Positions 50,089 through 60,783 of a DNA stretch of 64,000 bases are shown here, piece by piece. Source of the DNA: Candidatus Oxydemutatoraceae bacterium (GTDB taxonomy: Bacteria; Pseudomonadota; Gammaproteobacteria; Poriferisulfidales; Oxydemutatoraceae). The position numbers were made by a program, and so were the translations under genes. The DNA lies in assembly GCA_965218975.1 (NCBI GenBank), contig OZ244717.1, positions 338,347 to 402,346 on the forward strand, in the 5' to 3' direction. Position 1 is the first letter of the stretch. Every line of letters starts with the position of its first letter. The notes under the pieces were generated by a model, which was given only the letters and a program-made list of their open reading frames with translations, was not told the origin of the DNA and ran no database searches.

Positions 50089-51810
50089 TTGAAGTCTCTA
50101 AAAATCACCCCAGTTAAAGGTCGCCCGATGCTACACTGGATCGGTAAGAAGCCGCTGGATGTTGTCCGCCATTTTCCGGCGCAGTTATGCGAGAGTATCG
50201 GCATTGAAAACCCGCCTGTTGAGCCGTCGCACAAGAAATTTATTAAAAGCGATTACAACCTGCTCTTTCACGGCGACAACAAAGAAGTTCTTTCCTCTCT
50301 TTTGATTGCCGGGTTTCGGGGCAAGATAGATCTGATTTACATTGACCCGCCGTTTGATTCCGGCGCGGATTATGTCCGCAAGGTGACGTTGCGCGGGCAG
50401 TCTGCGAAACTTGCGGGTGAGGGGCATACTTTTATTGAGCAGGTGCAATACGAAGACATTTGGGCCAATGATAACTATTTGCAGTTTATGTATGAACGAC
50501 TGATTCTGATGCGCGAGTTGTTGAGTGATAAGGGAAGTATTTATCTGCATTGCGATTGGCACAAAAGCCACCATCTGCGGTTTTTATTGGATGAAGTATT
50601 TGGTGCGGAAAACTTTATAAATGAGATTGTTTGGTATTACAAAGATGCATCGGGAATTCTTAAGAAAGGTTTTAGAAAAAAGCACGACGGCATTTTTATT
50701 TATTCTAAGAGTACAGATTTTTATTTTGACGTAGATTCTGTTCGTCAGGAGTATGGAGATTCAACGAAAAAAGCGGCAGAAACAGGAACATTTTCTTTTG
50801 GCAGACCTACAAGGATTAATCCTTTGGGGAAGTATCCCGATGATGTTTGGGAAATAGCTATAATTAACAGTCAAGCAAAAGAAAGACTCAATTTCCCCAC
50901 CCAAAAACCCGAAGCACTTTTAGAGCGTATTATCAAAGCCTCCAGCAACGAAGGTTCCATCGTCTTGGACTGCTTTTGCGGCAGCGGCACAACCGCCGCA
51001 GTCGCCGAAAAGCTGGGACGGCGCTGGATTATGGCGGACTTGAACAAAGGCGCGATTCAAACGACCATCAAGCGATTGCAAAGTGTTATCAAAGAAAAGA
51101 ATGGCGACCTTGCGGAAAAAAACGGACGCGGGTTGATTCATTATCGGGTCAACAACTACGATTTCGCAAAGCAGGCCGAACTCAAGAAAATCATCGTCTC
51201 TAAATACGGTATTCAAACAGACCACAAGGATTTGTTCTTTGACGGAACGGCCGACGGCCGGTTGGCAAAGATTACCGATTTGGACAAGCCGCTGACGCGG
51301 TTGGATATTCAGATTATCAAAGACGAAATTGCCGATAACCGGCCGGACGAAACACGACACATCATCGTTTTCTGTAATGGTTCCGAGTTGGAATTGATCA
51401 AAGAGCTTAACGAAGAAATAAGACCGATCAATAAAATTAGCATCTGCGATATCCGGCAGGACGGAATGATTACCGATCAGCTGGCGCAAGCGGAGATTAA
51501 AATTACGAAAAGAGGCAAAAAGGCGATTATCAAAATTGAAGATTACATCAGCCCTACGATACTTGCCCGACTGGAGATTGACCGCAGTTTGTTTAATGAG
51601 CAGGTCGAAGATTTCCGATCGCAAATAGATTGCGTATTGATTGATACCAATTACAACGGCAAGGATTTCAGAATAACGGAAAGCGACTTGCCTGAGAAAA
51701 AGACCGGTCTCATCAGAGGGGAATACACACTGAACTTGCCCCGAGCAGGCGTCAAAGTGGCGGTAAAAATCGTGGATATGCTCGGAGAGGAAGTTTTGGC
51801 GATTAAGTAG
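50089..51810 (+). CDS. Beta-class N6-adenine DNA methyltransferase, type III Mod-like
   Basis: Motif IV '[16 protein letters not shown]' precedes motif I '[15 protein letters not shown]'. The '[15 protein letters not shown]' box is present. 573 aa. Confidence 0.8.
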   Translation: MKSLKITPVKGRPMLHWIGKKPLDVVRHFPAQLCESIGIENPPVEPSHKKFIKSDYNLLFHGDNKEVLSSLLIAGFRGKIDLIYIDPPFDSGADYVRKVTLRGQSAKLAGEGHTFIEQVQYEDIWANDNYLQFMYERLILMRELLSDKGSIYLHCDWHKSHHLRFLLDEVFGAENFINEIVWYYKDASGILKKGFRKKHDGIFIYSKSTDFYFDVDSVRQEYGDSTKKAAETGTFSFGRPTRINPLGKYPDDVWEIAIINSQAKERLNFPTQKPEALLERIIKASSNEGSIVLDCFCGSGTTAAVAEKLGRRWIMADLNKGAIQTTIKRLQSVIKEKNGDLAEKNGRGLIHYRVNNYDFAKQAELKKIIVSKYGIQTDHKDLFFDGTADGRLAKITDLDKPLTRLDIQIIKDEIADNRPDETRHIIVFCNGSELELIKELNEEIRPINKISICDIRQDGMITDQLAQAEIKITKRGKKAIIKIEDYISPTILARLEIDRSLFNEQVEDFRSQIDCVLIDTNYNGKDFRITESDLPEKKTGLIRGEYTLNLPRAGVKVAVKIVDMLGEEVLAIK

Positions 51811-51889
51811 AAGGGTTATATACCTGACTTCGCGTACCGCCGGCGTCGGCGGATCTGGCCGCAGGCGATCCGCCATAGAATCAAACGCC

Positions 51890-52560
51890 TGCGTCGGGTG
51901 AATCTCGGTAGCTTTGTGTTCGGTGTGGGGTTGTCGGTGGATTGTGCCGGATTGTCGGCGGATTGTTGGCGGATTGTTGGCAAAGTGCCTGTCGTCCATG
52001 ACGCGACTTAGTTCTGTCAACAAGCCCCAGCCCCGACGTCCTTGTCGGGTCGTTCGCCGCTGAAAACCGTTCGGTTTTCCGGGCGCGTCTCACCCTGTCG
52101 TCCATGGCGAGACTTGGTTCTGTCAATGAACCCCAGCCCCGACGTCCTTGTCGGGTCGTTCGCCGCTGAAAACCGTTCGGTTTTCCGGGCGCGTCTCACC
52201 CGTTTTGTGTTTGGTAGCAGATTATTGGCAAAGTGCTTGGTGCAGGTTTGTCGGCGGATTGTGCCGGGTTGTTGGCAAAGTGCCTGTCGTCCATGACGAA
52301 ACTTAGTTCTGTCAATAAACTCCAGCCCCGACATCCTTGTCGAGTCGTTCGCCGCTGAAAACCAGTAGGTTTTCCGGGCGCGGCTCACCCAGCCCCGACA
52401 TCCTTGTCGGGTCGTTCGCCGCTGAAAACCGATCGGTTTTCCGGGCACGTCTCACCCGGCAACGGACAGAAAGCACCGATCCGAATGCTACTGCCGCACG
52501 CTTCCCCAGAAGCTCTTCAAAAATCCCATTTAGGGTGGCATCGTACACGGTGTTGGCAAG
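51890..52560. repeat. Composite repeat locus R3 (same family as R1/R2): two heads, ~3.5 hairpin units and the conserved tail
   Basis: 'caaagtgcctgtcgtccatgacgcgacttagttctgtcaacaagccccagccccgacgtccttgtcgggtcgttcgccgctgaaaaccgttcggttttccgggcgcgtctcaccc', and the tail 'cggcaacggacagaaagcaccgatccgaatgctactgccgcacgcttcccc...'. Confidence 0.9.
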
Positions 52561-52745
52561 TGTTGTCGTTTAATGTATATTAGCAACCTGCTACAGCACT
52601 ACGTGTCCGCCCTGTCGGGCGGCCCGTGAATATAAAACCGTTCGAAAATAAGCGGGAATACTTCTTTACGTAGTGTTTGTAGCAATCGCCTGACTCCTTA
52701 AGTCAGGCGATTAAGCAGATTTAATTTAATCTATGGAGAAATATA

Positions 52746-54761
52746 ATGAAACTATTAATTCGAACGGCTACTCTTTTAATGGCCTTTGCTTTTATTCTCA
52801 CCTCGACAACGCAAGCGCAAAACGCCCCGGCGGATCAAGCGGAGTTCGAGAGGCTGGTTGCAGGTATGCAGATAGAGGCTGCTGTTGGTAGCACCATGAC
52901 CACACTGCAATTCCCGAATCCAGGGCGTATCCTAGAAATTAGTGAAGAAGGAAACTTCCTTGGTAATTATCAGTACACAAATACCGGCGACAATACGGGA
53001 ATGCTCACTTACACCTACGACGCGAGCGGTAACAATGCGGCTATGGAGCAAACCGAGGGTACACTCACGTTCACTTCGGCGACAATGGGAACATTCGAGA
53101 GTACCTATTTCTATGTCACAGCGAGCGAACCCCGTGTGATGAGCAGTGGCACATTTGAAATCGTCGACGCCGAACCTCCAGCTGTGTTTGCCCCACTGGA
53201 TCAAGCGGAGTTCGAGAGGCTGGTTGCAGGTATGCAGATAGAGGGGATTGATGCTCGCGGCAGCATGGGCACACTGCAATTCCCGAATCCAGGGCGTATC
53301 CTGGAAATTGTGGAAGAAGGAAACTTCTTTGGTGATTATCAGTACACAAATACCGGCGACAATACGGGAATGCTCACTTACACCTACGACGCGAGCGGTA
53401 ACAATGCGGCTATGGAGCAAACCGAGGGTACACTCACGTTCACTTCGGCGACAATGGGAACATTCGAGAGTACCTATTTCTATGTCACAGCGAGCGAACC
53501 CCGTGTGATGAGCAGTGGCACATTTGAAATCGTCGACGCCGAACCTCCAGCTGTGTTTGCCCCACTGGATCAAGCGGAGTTCGAGAGGCTGGTTGCAGGT
53601 ATGCAGATAGAGGCTGCTGTTGGTAGCACCATGACCACACTGCGATTCCCGGACTCGGGCCGTATCCTAGAAATTAGTGAAGAAGGAAACTTCCTTGGTA
53701 ATTATCAGTACACAAATACCGGCGACAATACGGGAATGCTCACTTACACCTACGACGCGAGCGGTAACAATGCGGCTATGGAGCAAACCGAGGGTACACT
53801 CACGTTCACTTCGGCGACAATGGGAACATTCGAGAGTACCTATTTCTATGTCACAGCGAGCGAACCCCGTGTGATGAGCAGTGGCACATTTGAAATCGTC
53901 GACGCCGAACCTCCAGCTGGGTTCGCCCCGCAGGATCAAGCGGAGTTCGAGAGGCTGGTTGCAGGTATGCAGATAGAGGGGATTGATGCTCGCGGCAGCA
54001 TGGGCACACTGCAATTCCCGAATCCAGGGCGTATCCTGGAAATTGAAGAAGAAGGAATCTTCCTTGGTAATTATCAGTACACAAATACCGGCGGCAATAC
54101 GGGAATGCTCACTTACACCTACGACGCGACCGGTAACAATGCGGCTATGGAGCAAACCGAGACTATACTCACGTTCACTTCGGCGACAATGGGAACATTC
54201 GAGAGTACCTATTTCTATGTTGAAGCAAGCGAAACCCCCGAGGTGAACACAGGTACATTTGAAATCGTTGCTGCTCCGGTCGCCCCGGCGACTCAAGCGG
54301 AGTTCGAGAGGCTGGTTACAGGTATGCAGATAGAGGCTGCTGTTGGTAGCACCATGACCACACTGCGATTCCCGGACTCGGGCCGTATCCTAGAAATTAG
54401 TGAAGAAGGAAACTTCCTTGGTAATTATCAGTACACAAATACTACCGCCGTTTCCACCAGTGTAGGAAGCCTCACTTACACCTACGACGCGAGCGGTAAC
54501 GATCCGGCTATGGAGTACGTCACGGTCAACCTCGTGTTCACTTCGGCGACAATGGGAGCATTCGAGAGTACCTATTTCTATGTTGAAGCAAGCGAACCCC
54601 GTGTGATGAGCAGTGGCACATTTGAAATCGTCCCTATTCCTGGTAGCAGCGGTGGCGGTGGCGGCAGCGGCAGCGCGGGTTTGTGGCTGTTATTGCTACT
54701 GCTTGCATCAGTTGTCGGCAATCGCTGTGCTCCTGTCATTTTTCGGACCGGATCATCCTAG
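52746..54761 (+). CDS. Secreted repetitive protein with a GlyGly-CTERM-like sorting signal, 671 aa
   Basis: Signal peptide 'MKLLIRTATLLMAFAFILTSTTQAQ'. Five ~121-aa repeats. The C-terminus is 'GSSGGGGGSGSAGLWLLLLLLASVVGNR'. Confidence 0.8.
   Translation: MKLLIRTATLLMAFAFILTSTTQAQNAPADQAEFERLVAGMQIEAAVGSTMTTLQFPNPGRILEISEEGNFLGNYQYTNTGDNTGMLTYTYDASGNNAAMEQTEGTLTFTSATMGTFESTYFYVTASEPRVMSSGTFEIVDAEPPAVFAPLDQAEFERLVAGMQIEGIDARGSMGTLQFPNPGRILEIVEEGNFFGDYQYTNTGDNTGMLTYTYDASGNNAAMEQTEGTLTFTSATMGTFESTYFYVTASEPRVMSSGTFEIVDAEPPAVFAPLDQAEFERLVAGMQIEAAVGSTMTTLRFPDSGRILEISEEGNFLGNYQYTNTGDNTGMLTYTYDASGNNAAMEQTEGTLTFTSATMGTFESTYFYVTASEPRVMSSGTFEIVDAEPPAGFAPQDQAEFERLVAGMQIEGIDARGSMGTLQFPNPGRILEIEEEGIFLGNYQYTNTGGNTGMLTYTYDATGNNAAMEQTETILTFTSATMGTFESTYFYVEASETPEVNTGTFEIVAAPVAPATQAEFERLVTGMQIEAAVGSTMTTLRFPDSGRILEISEEGNFLGNYQYTNTTAVSTSVGSLTYTYDASGNDPAMEYVTVNLVFTSATMGAFESTYFYVEASEPRVMSSGTFEIVPIPGSSGGGGGSGSAGLWLLLLLLASVVGNRCAPVIFRTGSS
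52838..54652 (+). repeat. Five near-identical tandem 363-bp coding repeats in A-B-A-B-A order
   Basis: 'DQAEFERLVAGMQIE...' recurs five times. It alternates between 'AAVGSTMTTL(Q/R)FP(NP/DS)G' and 'GIDARGSMGTLQFPNPG' variants. Confidence 0.9.
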
Positions 54762-54879
54762 AAGGTTGAGATATAGCGCATAAAATCCGTATTGTCGCCT
54801 AGAAATAGGCGGCAATACGGTTTATCAGTGTATGCTGCTTTAAGAGAGACCTGCGCAAGTGTTTTTGTGTGGGTCACTC

Positions 54880-55125
54880 TCGGCCGGAGGCAAAGTGCTT
54901 AGTCCAGGTTTGTCGGCGGGTTGTGCCGGGTTGTTGGCAAAGTACATGTCGTCCTTGACGAGACTTGGTGCTGTCAATGAACTCCAGCCCCGACGTCCTT
55001 GTCGAGTCGTTCGCCGCTGAAAACCAGTAGGTTTTCCGGGCGCGTCTCACCCAGCCCCGACGTCCTTGTCGAGTCGTTCGCCGCTGAAAACCAGTAGGTT
55101 TTCCGGGCGCGTCTCACCCTTACAA
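54880..55125. repeat. Composite repeat locus R4 (head plus ~1.5 hairpin units)
   Basis: 'gtttgtcggcgggttgtgccgggttgttggcaaagtacatgtcgtccttgacgagac...ccagccccgacgtccttgtcgagtcgttcgccgctgaaaaccagtaggttttccgggcgcgtctcaccc'. The second hairpin loop changes from GTTC to AGTA while the stem is kept. Confidence 0.85.
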
Positions 55126-55180
55126 AATTTTGCGAGTCGGGTATGATTAGCATATTGTTAAACTCGTTAGGTGAAATATT

Positions 55181-55948
55181 GTGATTGCCGTTATTTCTCC
55201 CGCAAAAACTTTAGACTTTAAAACACCTCCTTCAACCAAGATATATTCGGAACCGATCTTTTTGGATGATAGCGCCAAGCTGATACGGAGGTTGAAAAAA
55301 ATGACTGTGGAAGACTTATCCGGTTTGATGGATGTAAGCGAACGAATCGCGCAGTTGAATTATGCGCGGTATCGATCATGGAACAAGCCTTTCACACCGA
55401 ATAATGCAAAGCAGGCAATCCTTGCTTTCAAAGGCGACGTTTATGCCGGGCTTGATGCTGAAAGTTTCACCAATGCCGATTTCAAGTTTGCGCAAAAACA
55501 CTTGTGTATCTTGTCGGGCCTTTACGGCATTTTGCGCTCATTGGATTTAATTCAGCCGTACCGTTTGGAAATGGGAACACGTTTGGATGTCGACGGTAAT
55601 AGGAATTTGTATCAATTTTGGGACAATCGTGCTACCGATTGGCTGAACGGTCTTCTGCATGTCGAGAGAAGCCCGGCGCTGATTAATCTTGCTTCCAATG
55701 AATACTTCAAATCAATTAAACTTGATAGAATCAACGCAAGAGTTGTGACTCCGGTGTTTAAGGAGCGTAGGAAAGGAGTATTCAAGGTGATTAGCTTTTC
55801 TGCGAAAAAAGCGCGCGGGATGATGAGCCGCTATATCATCAGAAATCGGCTCCGCAACATTACCGCGATTAAACAATTCTGTGAAGCAGGTTATTGCTAT
55901 CACAAAAATTTATCCGGTCATGATACATGGGTATTTGCTCGCGGTTAA
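55181..55948 (+). CDS. yaaA: Peroxide stress protein YaaA (UPF0246/DUF328)
   Basis: Collinear with E. coli YaaA: 'ISPAKTLD', 'QAILAFKGDVYAGL', 'QPYRLEMGTRLD', 'INLASNEYFKSI', 'ISFSAKKARGMMSRYII'. Confidence 0.9.
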   Translation: MIAVISPAKTLDFKTPPSTKIYSEPIFLDDSAKLIRRLKKMTVEDLSGLMDVSERIAQLNYARYRSWNKPFTPNNAKQAILAFKGDVYAGLDAESFTNADFKFAQKHLCILSGLYGILRSLDLIQPYRLEMGTRLDVDGNRNLYQFWDNRATDWLNGLLHVERSPALINLASNEYFKSIKLDRINARVVTPVFKERRKGVFKVISFSAKKARGMMSRYIIRNRLRNITAIKQFCEAGYCYHKNLSGHDTWVFARG

Positions 55949-56002
55949 TTGATCGGAGCTTGCTAATTAGCTAATCGTAACTTTTGGGCGTCAAGCACGC
56001 AT

Positions 56003-57377
56003 GTGAAAATTTATCTGGCAGGTATTTGCGGTGCTTTTATGGCAGGGCTTGCGCGTCTAGGGCAAGAGATGGGACATATTGTCGGAGGTTGCGATGTTGC
56101 CGCTTGGCCGCCGATGAGCACCCAACTTGAGCAAATCGGTATTATTCCCGATCAAGGTTGGGATCAGGTGGAACCGGAGCAAGGTTTGGGACTGCATCAT
56201 TATAGGAAATGCGTTACCGCGCGGCAATCCTTTGGTTGAAAAAGTCCTAACCGAACGTTTGCCTTTTACTTCGGGCCCGCAATGGCTGCGCGATGAAGTT
56301 CTTACCCAACGCGAAGTTATCGCTATTTCCGGCACTCACGGCAAGACAACGACAACCGGCATGTTAGCGTGGATTTTAGAAAACGCAGCGCTATTTCCAG
56401 GATTTTTACTCGGCGGACTAGCAAAAAAATTTTCAGCCTCGGCACGATTCGGTAAAACATCGGCGCCTTTTGTAATTGAGGCCGATGAATACGACACAGC
56501 TTTTTTCGATAAACGGCCGAAGTTTATTCATTACTACCCGCGTGTTGCGGTTTTGAATAATCTTGAGTTTGATCATGCTGATATCTACCCGGATATTCGG
56601 GCAGTTCAGCGTCAATTTCATTATTTTTTGCGTACCGTGCCGAGTGACGGGATGATACTATATCGTGCGGCTGATTCGGTTTTGCAAGAAGTTATTAATG
56701 AAGGTGTATGGACACCGATAGAAACCTTTGGTATTGATGGCGGCGGTCTGCGGGCGGATTGGACGGCACGTTTGATCCCCGATAAAGATAGTAACCGATT
56801 CGCTGTGTTTTATCGCGGGAAGGAGCAGGGAGTCTGTCGAATGAACGCTGTCGGAAAACACAATGTTGAAAATGCGCTGGCGGCAATTGCAGCGGCCTAT
56901 CACGCGCAAGTTGACGTTGCGTGTGCAATAAATGCGCTTGAGTTTTTTACCGGTGTCAGTCGCAGACTCGAAGTCGAGGCGGAAGTTTCCGGGGTCACCG
57001 TGTATAATGATTTTGCTCATCATCCGACAGCAATTGCGGCAAGTTTGCAGGCGTTAAAACAGTATGCGGCGAAAGGTCGTTTGCTTGCGGTGTTTGAACC
57101 GCGTTCCAATTCAATGAGAGCAGGTGCGCATCGTAAAGGATTAGTAACGGCGTTTGTCGATGCGGACCAGGTGTTTATGTATCAATCCGGGCGGTTAGAT
57201 TGGTCGCCGGCAGAGGTATTGCCTGCGGCGCAATGCTTCACCGATACCAAAATGCTATTGGAAAGCGTTTGCGCCGAAGCACGTGACGGAGATTGCATTA
57301 TTGTCATGTCAAATGGTGCTTTTGATAATTTGCCGACTCGTATCAGCGAGCGCTTATCGGCGCGAATGCCGCATTGA
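56003..57377 (+). pseudogene. mpl: UDP-N-acetylmuramate:L-alanyl-gamma-D-glutamyl-meso-DAP ligase (Mpl) with an apparent +1 frameshift near 56185
   Basis: The 78-aa ORF 'MKIYLAGICGAFMAGLARLGQEMGHIVGGCDV...PPMSTQLEQIGI' matches the Mpl N-terminus. The main ORF resumes in another frame at 'DCIIIGNALPRGNP...GTHGKTTTTGM...DEYDTAFFDKRPKF'. The 7 nt 'ggtttgg' between the 'gagcaa' and 'gactgc' codons is one base too many. Confidence 0.8.
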
Positions 57378-58324
57378 AAGGCGGAGACGCAAGCATGTCT
57401 AAAATGTTTGGCGTATGGCTTTGGAAAAAGATTGCAAACTGGTTGTCTCAGATCACCATTGATGAGTTTTTATCGCCGAATGACATGAACTGTGTCATGC
57501 GGGAAATACGTGCGGGCGATGTGCTGTTGGTTGAAGGGCGCACGCGTATCGGTAACGTTATTAAAATTATTACACGCAGTTCGTGGAGTCATGCGGCAAT
57601 ATGTATCGGGCGACTCGAAGAAATAAAAGATGAGAAAACTCGCGCATTGATTTTACAGCATTATGACGGGGATACCTCAGTGCCGCTGATTATTGAAGCT
57701 GAGCTGAATAAAGGAACAGTGGTTGAACCGGTTACTTTTTATCTTTACCATCATGTGCGAATTTGCCGTCCGGCAGGGCTCTTAAAAGAAGATGCCGACA
57801 AAATTGTCGCCTATGTTGCATCGTATCTCGGCAGTCATTACGATGTTCAACAATTGTTTGACTTGGCGAGGTTTCTAATTCCGTGGTGGGTTGTTATTCC
57901 GCACCGTTGGCATTCGACGTTATTTGAACACAATGCCGGTATTCCGACGCGTACTGTCTGTTCAACGATGATTGCCAGCGCATTCCGGCATGTTGATTTT
58001 CCTATATTGCCGCTAATTGAGCGATGTCCCGACGGCGGATTTAGAATGCGCCGGCGTAACCCAAAAATTTTCACGCCGCGTGATTTTGACTATTCACCAT
58101 TTTTTCGTACGATCAAATGCCCGTTGTTGATAGATATGCATCACGGTTATTATCGTAAGTTACCATGGAACGATGAACAGAAAATGCATGATAAGATCAG
58201 CGATTATCTGGATTCGGCGGACGTTATTCATGTAAAAAGCGCTACCGATCCGAACGATGAAAAATTTGGGCGACAAGATCACTCCGCCGATACGGTGCAA
58301 TCCGATGAGAAACCAATCCGATGA
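57374..58324 (+). CDS. Conserved hypothetical protein (316 aa)
   Basis: Long ORF, with the start overlapping the mpl stop. 'SSWSHAAICIG' is possibly a permuted-papain-like His/Cys pair. No firm family call. Confidence 0.5.
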   Translation: MKGGDASMSKMFGVWLWKKIANWLSQITIDEFLSPNDMNCVMREIRAGDVLLVEGRTRIGNVIKIITRSSWSHAAICIGRLEEIKDEKTRALILQHYDGDTSVPLIIEAELNKGTVVEPVTFYLYHHVRICRPAGLLKEDADKIVAYVASYLGSHYDVQQLFDLARFLIPWWVVIPHRWHSTLFEHNAGIPTRTVCSTMIASAFRHVDFPILPLIERCPDGGFRMRRRNPKIFTPRDFDYSPFFRTIKCPLLIDMHHGYYRKLPWNDEQKMHDKISDYLDSADVIHVKSATDPNDEKFGRQDHSADTVQSDEKPIR

Positions 58325-60783
58325 TATTTGATATCGTTTCCGAACTGATTCTACTTGTGCTGCTTGGTATTGCTTTGCTCGGAATCATTTATCTCAAAGC
58401 AAGGCTCCCGGTTGCAGTCGCTCTGACGGTTGTTACGGTAATCGCATATAAGGCTTATTCGATACTGCCGCTGTGGTTGCATCTGATATTGTGGTTATTG
58501 ATTATCGCCGGAATAACTCTATTCAACGTTCCGTTTTTGCGCCGCCAATGGGTTAGTCGATTTGTGCGTTTATATATGCAACGCAGACTCCCGCATATTT
58601 CAACCACTGAGCGTGAAGCGCTTGAGGCCGGCACGACTTGGTGGGATGCCGAACTGTTTTCGGGCAAACCGGATTGGAATATATTTCTTGCAGGACGGAA
58701 GCCTGAGTTAAACGATGAGGAGAAATTTTTTCTGGAAGAGACAACGCAGACTTTGTGTTCCATGATTGATGACTGGAAAGTAACGACAGAGCACTATGAT
58801 TTGTCGGAACCGGTGTGGGATTTTATAAAGCGGAATAAATTTTTTGGAATGGTTATACCCAAACAATACGGCGGACTTGGGTTTTCGGCTTATGCACATT
58901 CTTGTGTAGTGCAAAAAATCGCCAGCCGTTCGGTTACCGCTGCCGTAACCGTGATGGTGCCTAATTCTTTGGGACCCGGTATGCTGCTGCTGGAGTACGG
59001 CACCGACGAGCAGAAAAATCACTATCTACCACGTCTCGCGAGTGGTGAGGAGATACCATGTTTTGCATTAACAAGTGCACAATCAGGTTCGGATGCGGCA
59101 AGTATGATTGATACCGGGGTTGTATGTCGCGGAACATTTGTCGGTGAGGAGATGATCGGTATTCGTTTGAACTGGAGCAAACGGTACATCACACTGGCGC
59201 CGATTGCGACAGTGCTTGGAATTGCATTTCATTTGTACGACCCCGACGGTCTGTTGAGCGATCAGCAAGATGTCGGTATCACGTTGGCGTTGGTCCCGTC
59301 CGGAACTCCCGGTGTTGAGGTTGGTGATCGTCATATGCCGCTAAATACACCATTTATGAACGGACCGATACGTGGTAAGGATGTATTCATTCCGGTGGAT
59401 TGGCTCATCGGCGGAAAGAAATACGCAGGACAAGGATGGCGTATGTTAATGGAATGCTTGGCCGAAGGACGCGGTATTTCATTACCTGCCTTGGCCGCCG
59501 CCGCGGCAAAGTTTGCTTGCTTTAATACGGGCGCTTATGCGCGCGTACGGAATCAATTTAAGCTCCCGATTAGCGAATTTGAGGGGGTTGCCGAACCATT
59601 ATCACGAATTGCCGGAAATGCTTATTTGATGGAAGCGGTACGTAGTGTGACTGCGGCGGCGATTGATACGGGCGAGAAGCCGGCGGTTATTTCTGCAATT
59701 GCAAAATATCATTTGACCGAACGGATGCGTTCGGTTATCAACGATGCGATGGATGTCCATGGAGGCGCCGGCATCTGTATAGGGCCGCGTAACCATATTG
59801 CACGGCTTTATCAATCTGTTCCCATTGCAATTACCGTCGAAGGGGCAAACATTCTTACACGTAGTATGATTATCTTCGGGCAAGGTGCGGCACGTTGTCA
59901 TCCGTGGTTGAGTAAGGAAATGGCAGCCGCTTCGGATACCGAGAACTACACACTCGAAGATTTTGATGAAGTACTCTACGGACACATCCAAAGTATTTTA
60001 CGCAATACCGCAAGATGTTTGTTCTTAGCGCTTACGAATGGGCGTTTGGCAAAATACATTCCCTCGCATGTTCAGCTCAAAAATCATTTTCGGCAAATTT
60101 CCAGAATGTCGGCAGCGTTTGCTTTAGTATCCGACTATACCCTACTTAGGTTAAAAGGAGGTTTTAAGCGCAAGGAACATTTATCGGCTCTACTCGGCGA
60201 TATGTTGAGCGCCATGTACTTGGCATCATCAACACTTAAATATTTTCACGACAATAACTGCCTGAGCGAACAAATCGTGTTTGTTGATTGGGCAATGAAA
60301 GAATGCCGGAATTGTTTTCATGCCGCATTACTGAATTTGCTTGAAAATCTTCCTGGCGGATTGCTTAAAATAAAACTACGCTGGCTGATTTATCCGTATG
60401 GCAAGCCGAACATAACGCAGAATGAGCAGATGATCGCGCGAGTCGCCGACACAGTGAGCGAAGCATCGCCGGCACGTAAACATTTGATTAAGGGAATGTT
60501 TGTTCCGCAATCTGCCGACGAACCGCTGGCAAAATTAGAGGATGCTTTCTATAAAGTGCTTGCCGCCGAGCTGCCGGAGAAAAAATTGCGCCGAGTCCAA
60601 CGTGAGAAAAATATCAAAAGCCTCAATTATGAACATTTGCTGGATATTGCCGAGACACAAAATATTTTAACCGGTGAGGAGTTGAAGATTGTGCGTCAGG
60701 CACATCGAGCACGACTGGAAGTAATCGCGGTGGATCAATTCAATCCGGCTTACTGGCAACGTTCTTATTCGGTCAACGAATAA
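58321..60783 (+). CDS. fadE: Acyl-CoA dehydrogenase FadE
   Basis: 820 aa collinear with E. coli FadE: 'TEREALEAGTTWWDAELFSGKPDW', 'NSLGPGMLLLEYGTDEQKNHYLPRLA', 'IPCFALTS', 'RYITLAPIATVLG', 'ITVEGANILTRSMIIFGQGA'. Confidence 0.95.
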   Translation: MIFDIVSELILLVLLGIALLGIIYLKARLPVAVALTVVTVIAYKAYSILPLWLHLILWLLIIAGITLFNVPFLRRQWVSRFVRLYMQRRLPHISTTEREALEAGTTWWDAELFSGKPDWNIFLAGRKPELNDEEKFFLEETTQTLCSMIDDWKVTTEHYDLSEPVWDFIKRNKFFGMVIPKQYGGLGFSAYAHSCVVQKIASRSVTAAVTVMVPNSLGPGMLLLEYGTDEQKNHYLPRLASGEEIPCFALTSAQSGSDAASMIDTGVVCRGTFVGEEMIGIRLNWSKRYITLAPIATVLGIAFHLYDPDGLLSDQQDVGITLALVPSGTPGVEVGDRHMPLNTPFMNGPIRGKDVFIPVDWLIGGKKYAGQGWRMLMECLAEGRGISLPALAAAAAKFACFNTGAYARVRNQFKLPISEFEGVAEPLSRIAGNAYLMEAVRSVTAAAIDTGEKPAVISAIAKYHLTERMRSVINDAMDVHGGAGICIGPRNHIARLYQSVPIAITVEGANILTRSMIIFGQGAARCHPWLSKEMAAASDTENYTLEDFDEVLYGHIQSILRNTARCLFLALTNGRLAKYIPSHVQLKNHFRQISRMSAAFALVSDYTLLRLKGGFKRKEHLSALLGDMLSAMYLASSTLKYFHDNNCLSEQIVFVDWAMKECRNCFHAALLNLLENLPGGLLKIKLRWLIYPYGKPNITQNEQMIARVADTVSEASPARKHLIKGMFVPQSADEPLAKLEDAFYKVLAAELPEKKLRRVQREKNIKSLNYEHLLDIAETQNILTGEELKIVRQAHRARLEVIAVDQFNPAYWQRSYSVNE

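Noticed and set aside
49820-50092. 90-aa ORF bridging the protease pseudogene and mod
   Set aside because: It overlaps the end of the SDH-protease frame and has no motif. It may be the 3' continuation of a further frameshift or non-coding, so it was not annotated.
51881-52573. ORFs through hairpin-repeat locus R3 (e.g. 51881-52126-, 52017-52448-, 52312-52548-)
   Set aside because: Same reasoning as for R1 and R2. Their peptide sequence is generated by the tandem 98-bp units, with no independent start or RBS context.
52932-54296. Minus-strand 209-213-aa ORFs within the repeat-protein gene
   Set aside because: They are repeat-generated antisense frames. Their peptide repeats match the reverse complement of the sense-strand repeats.
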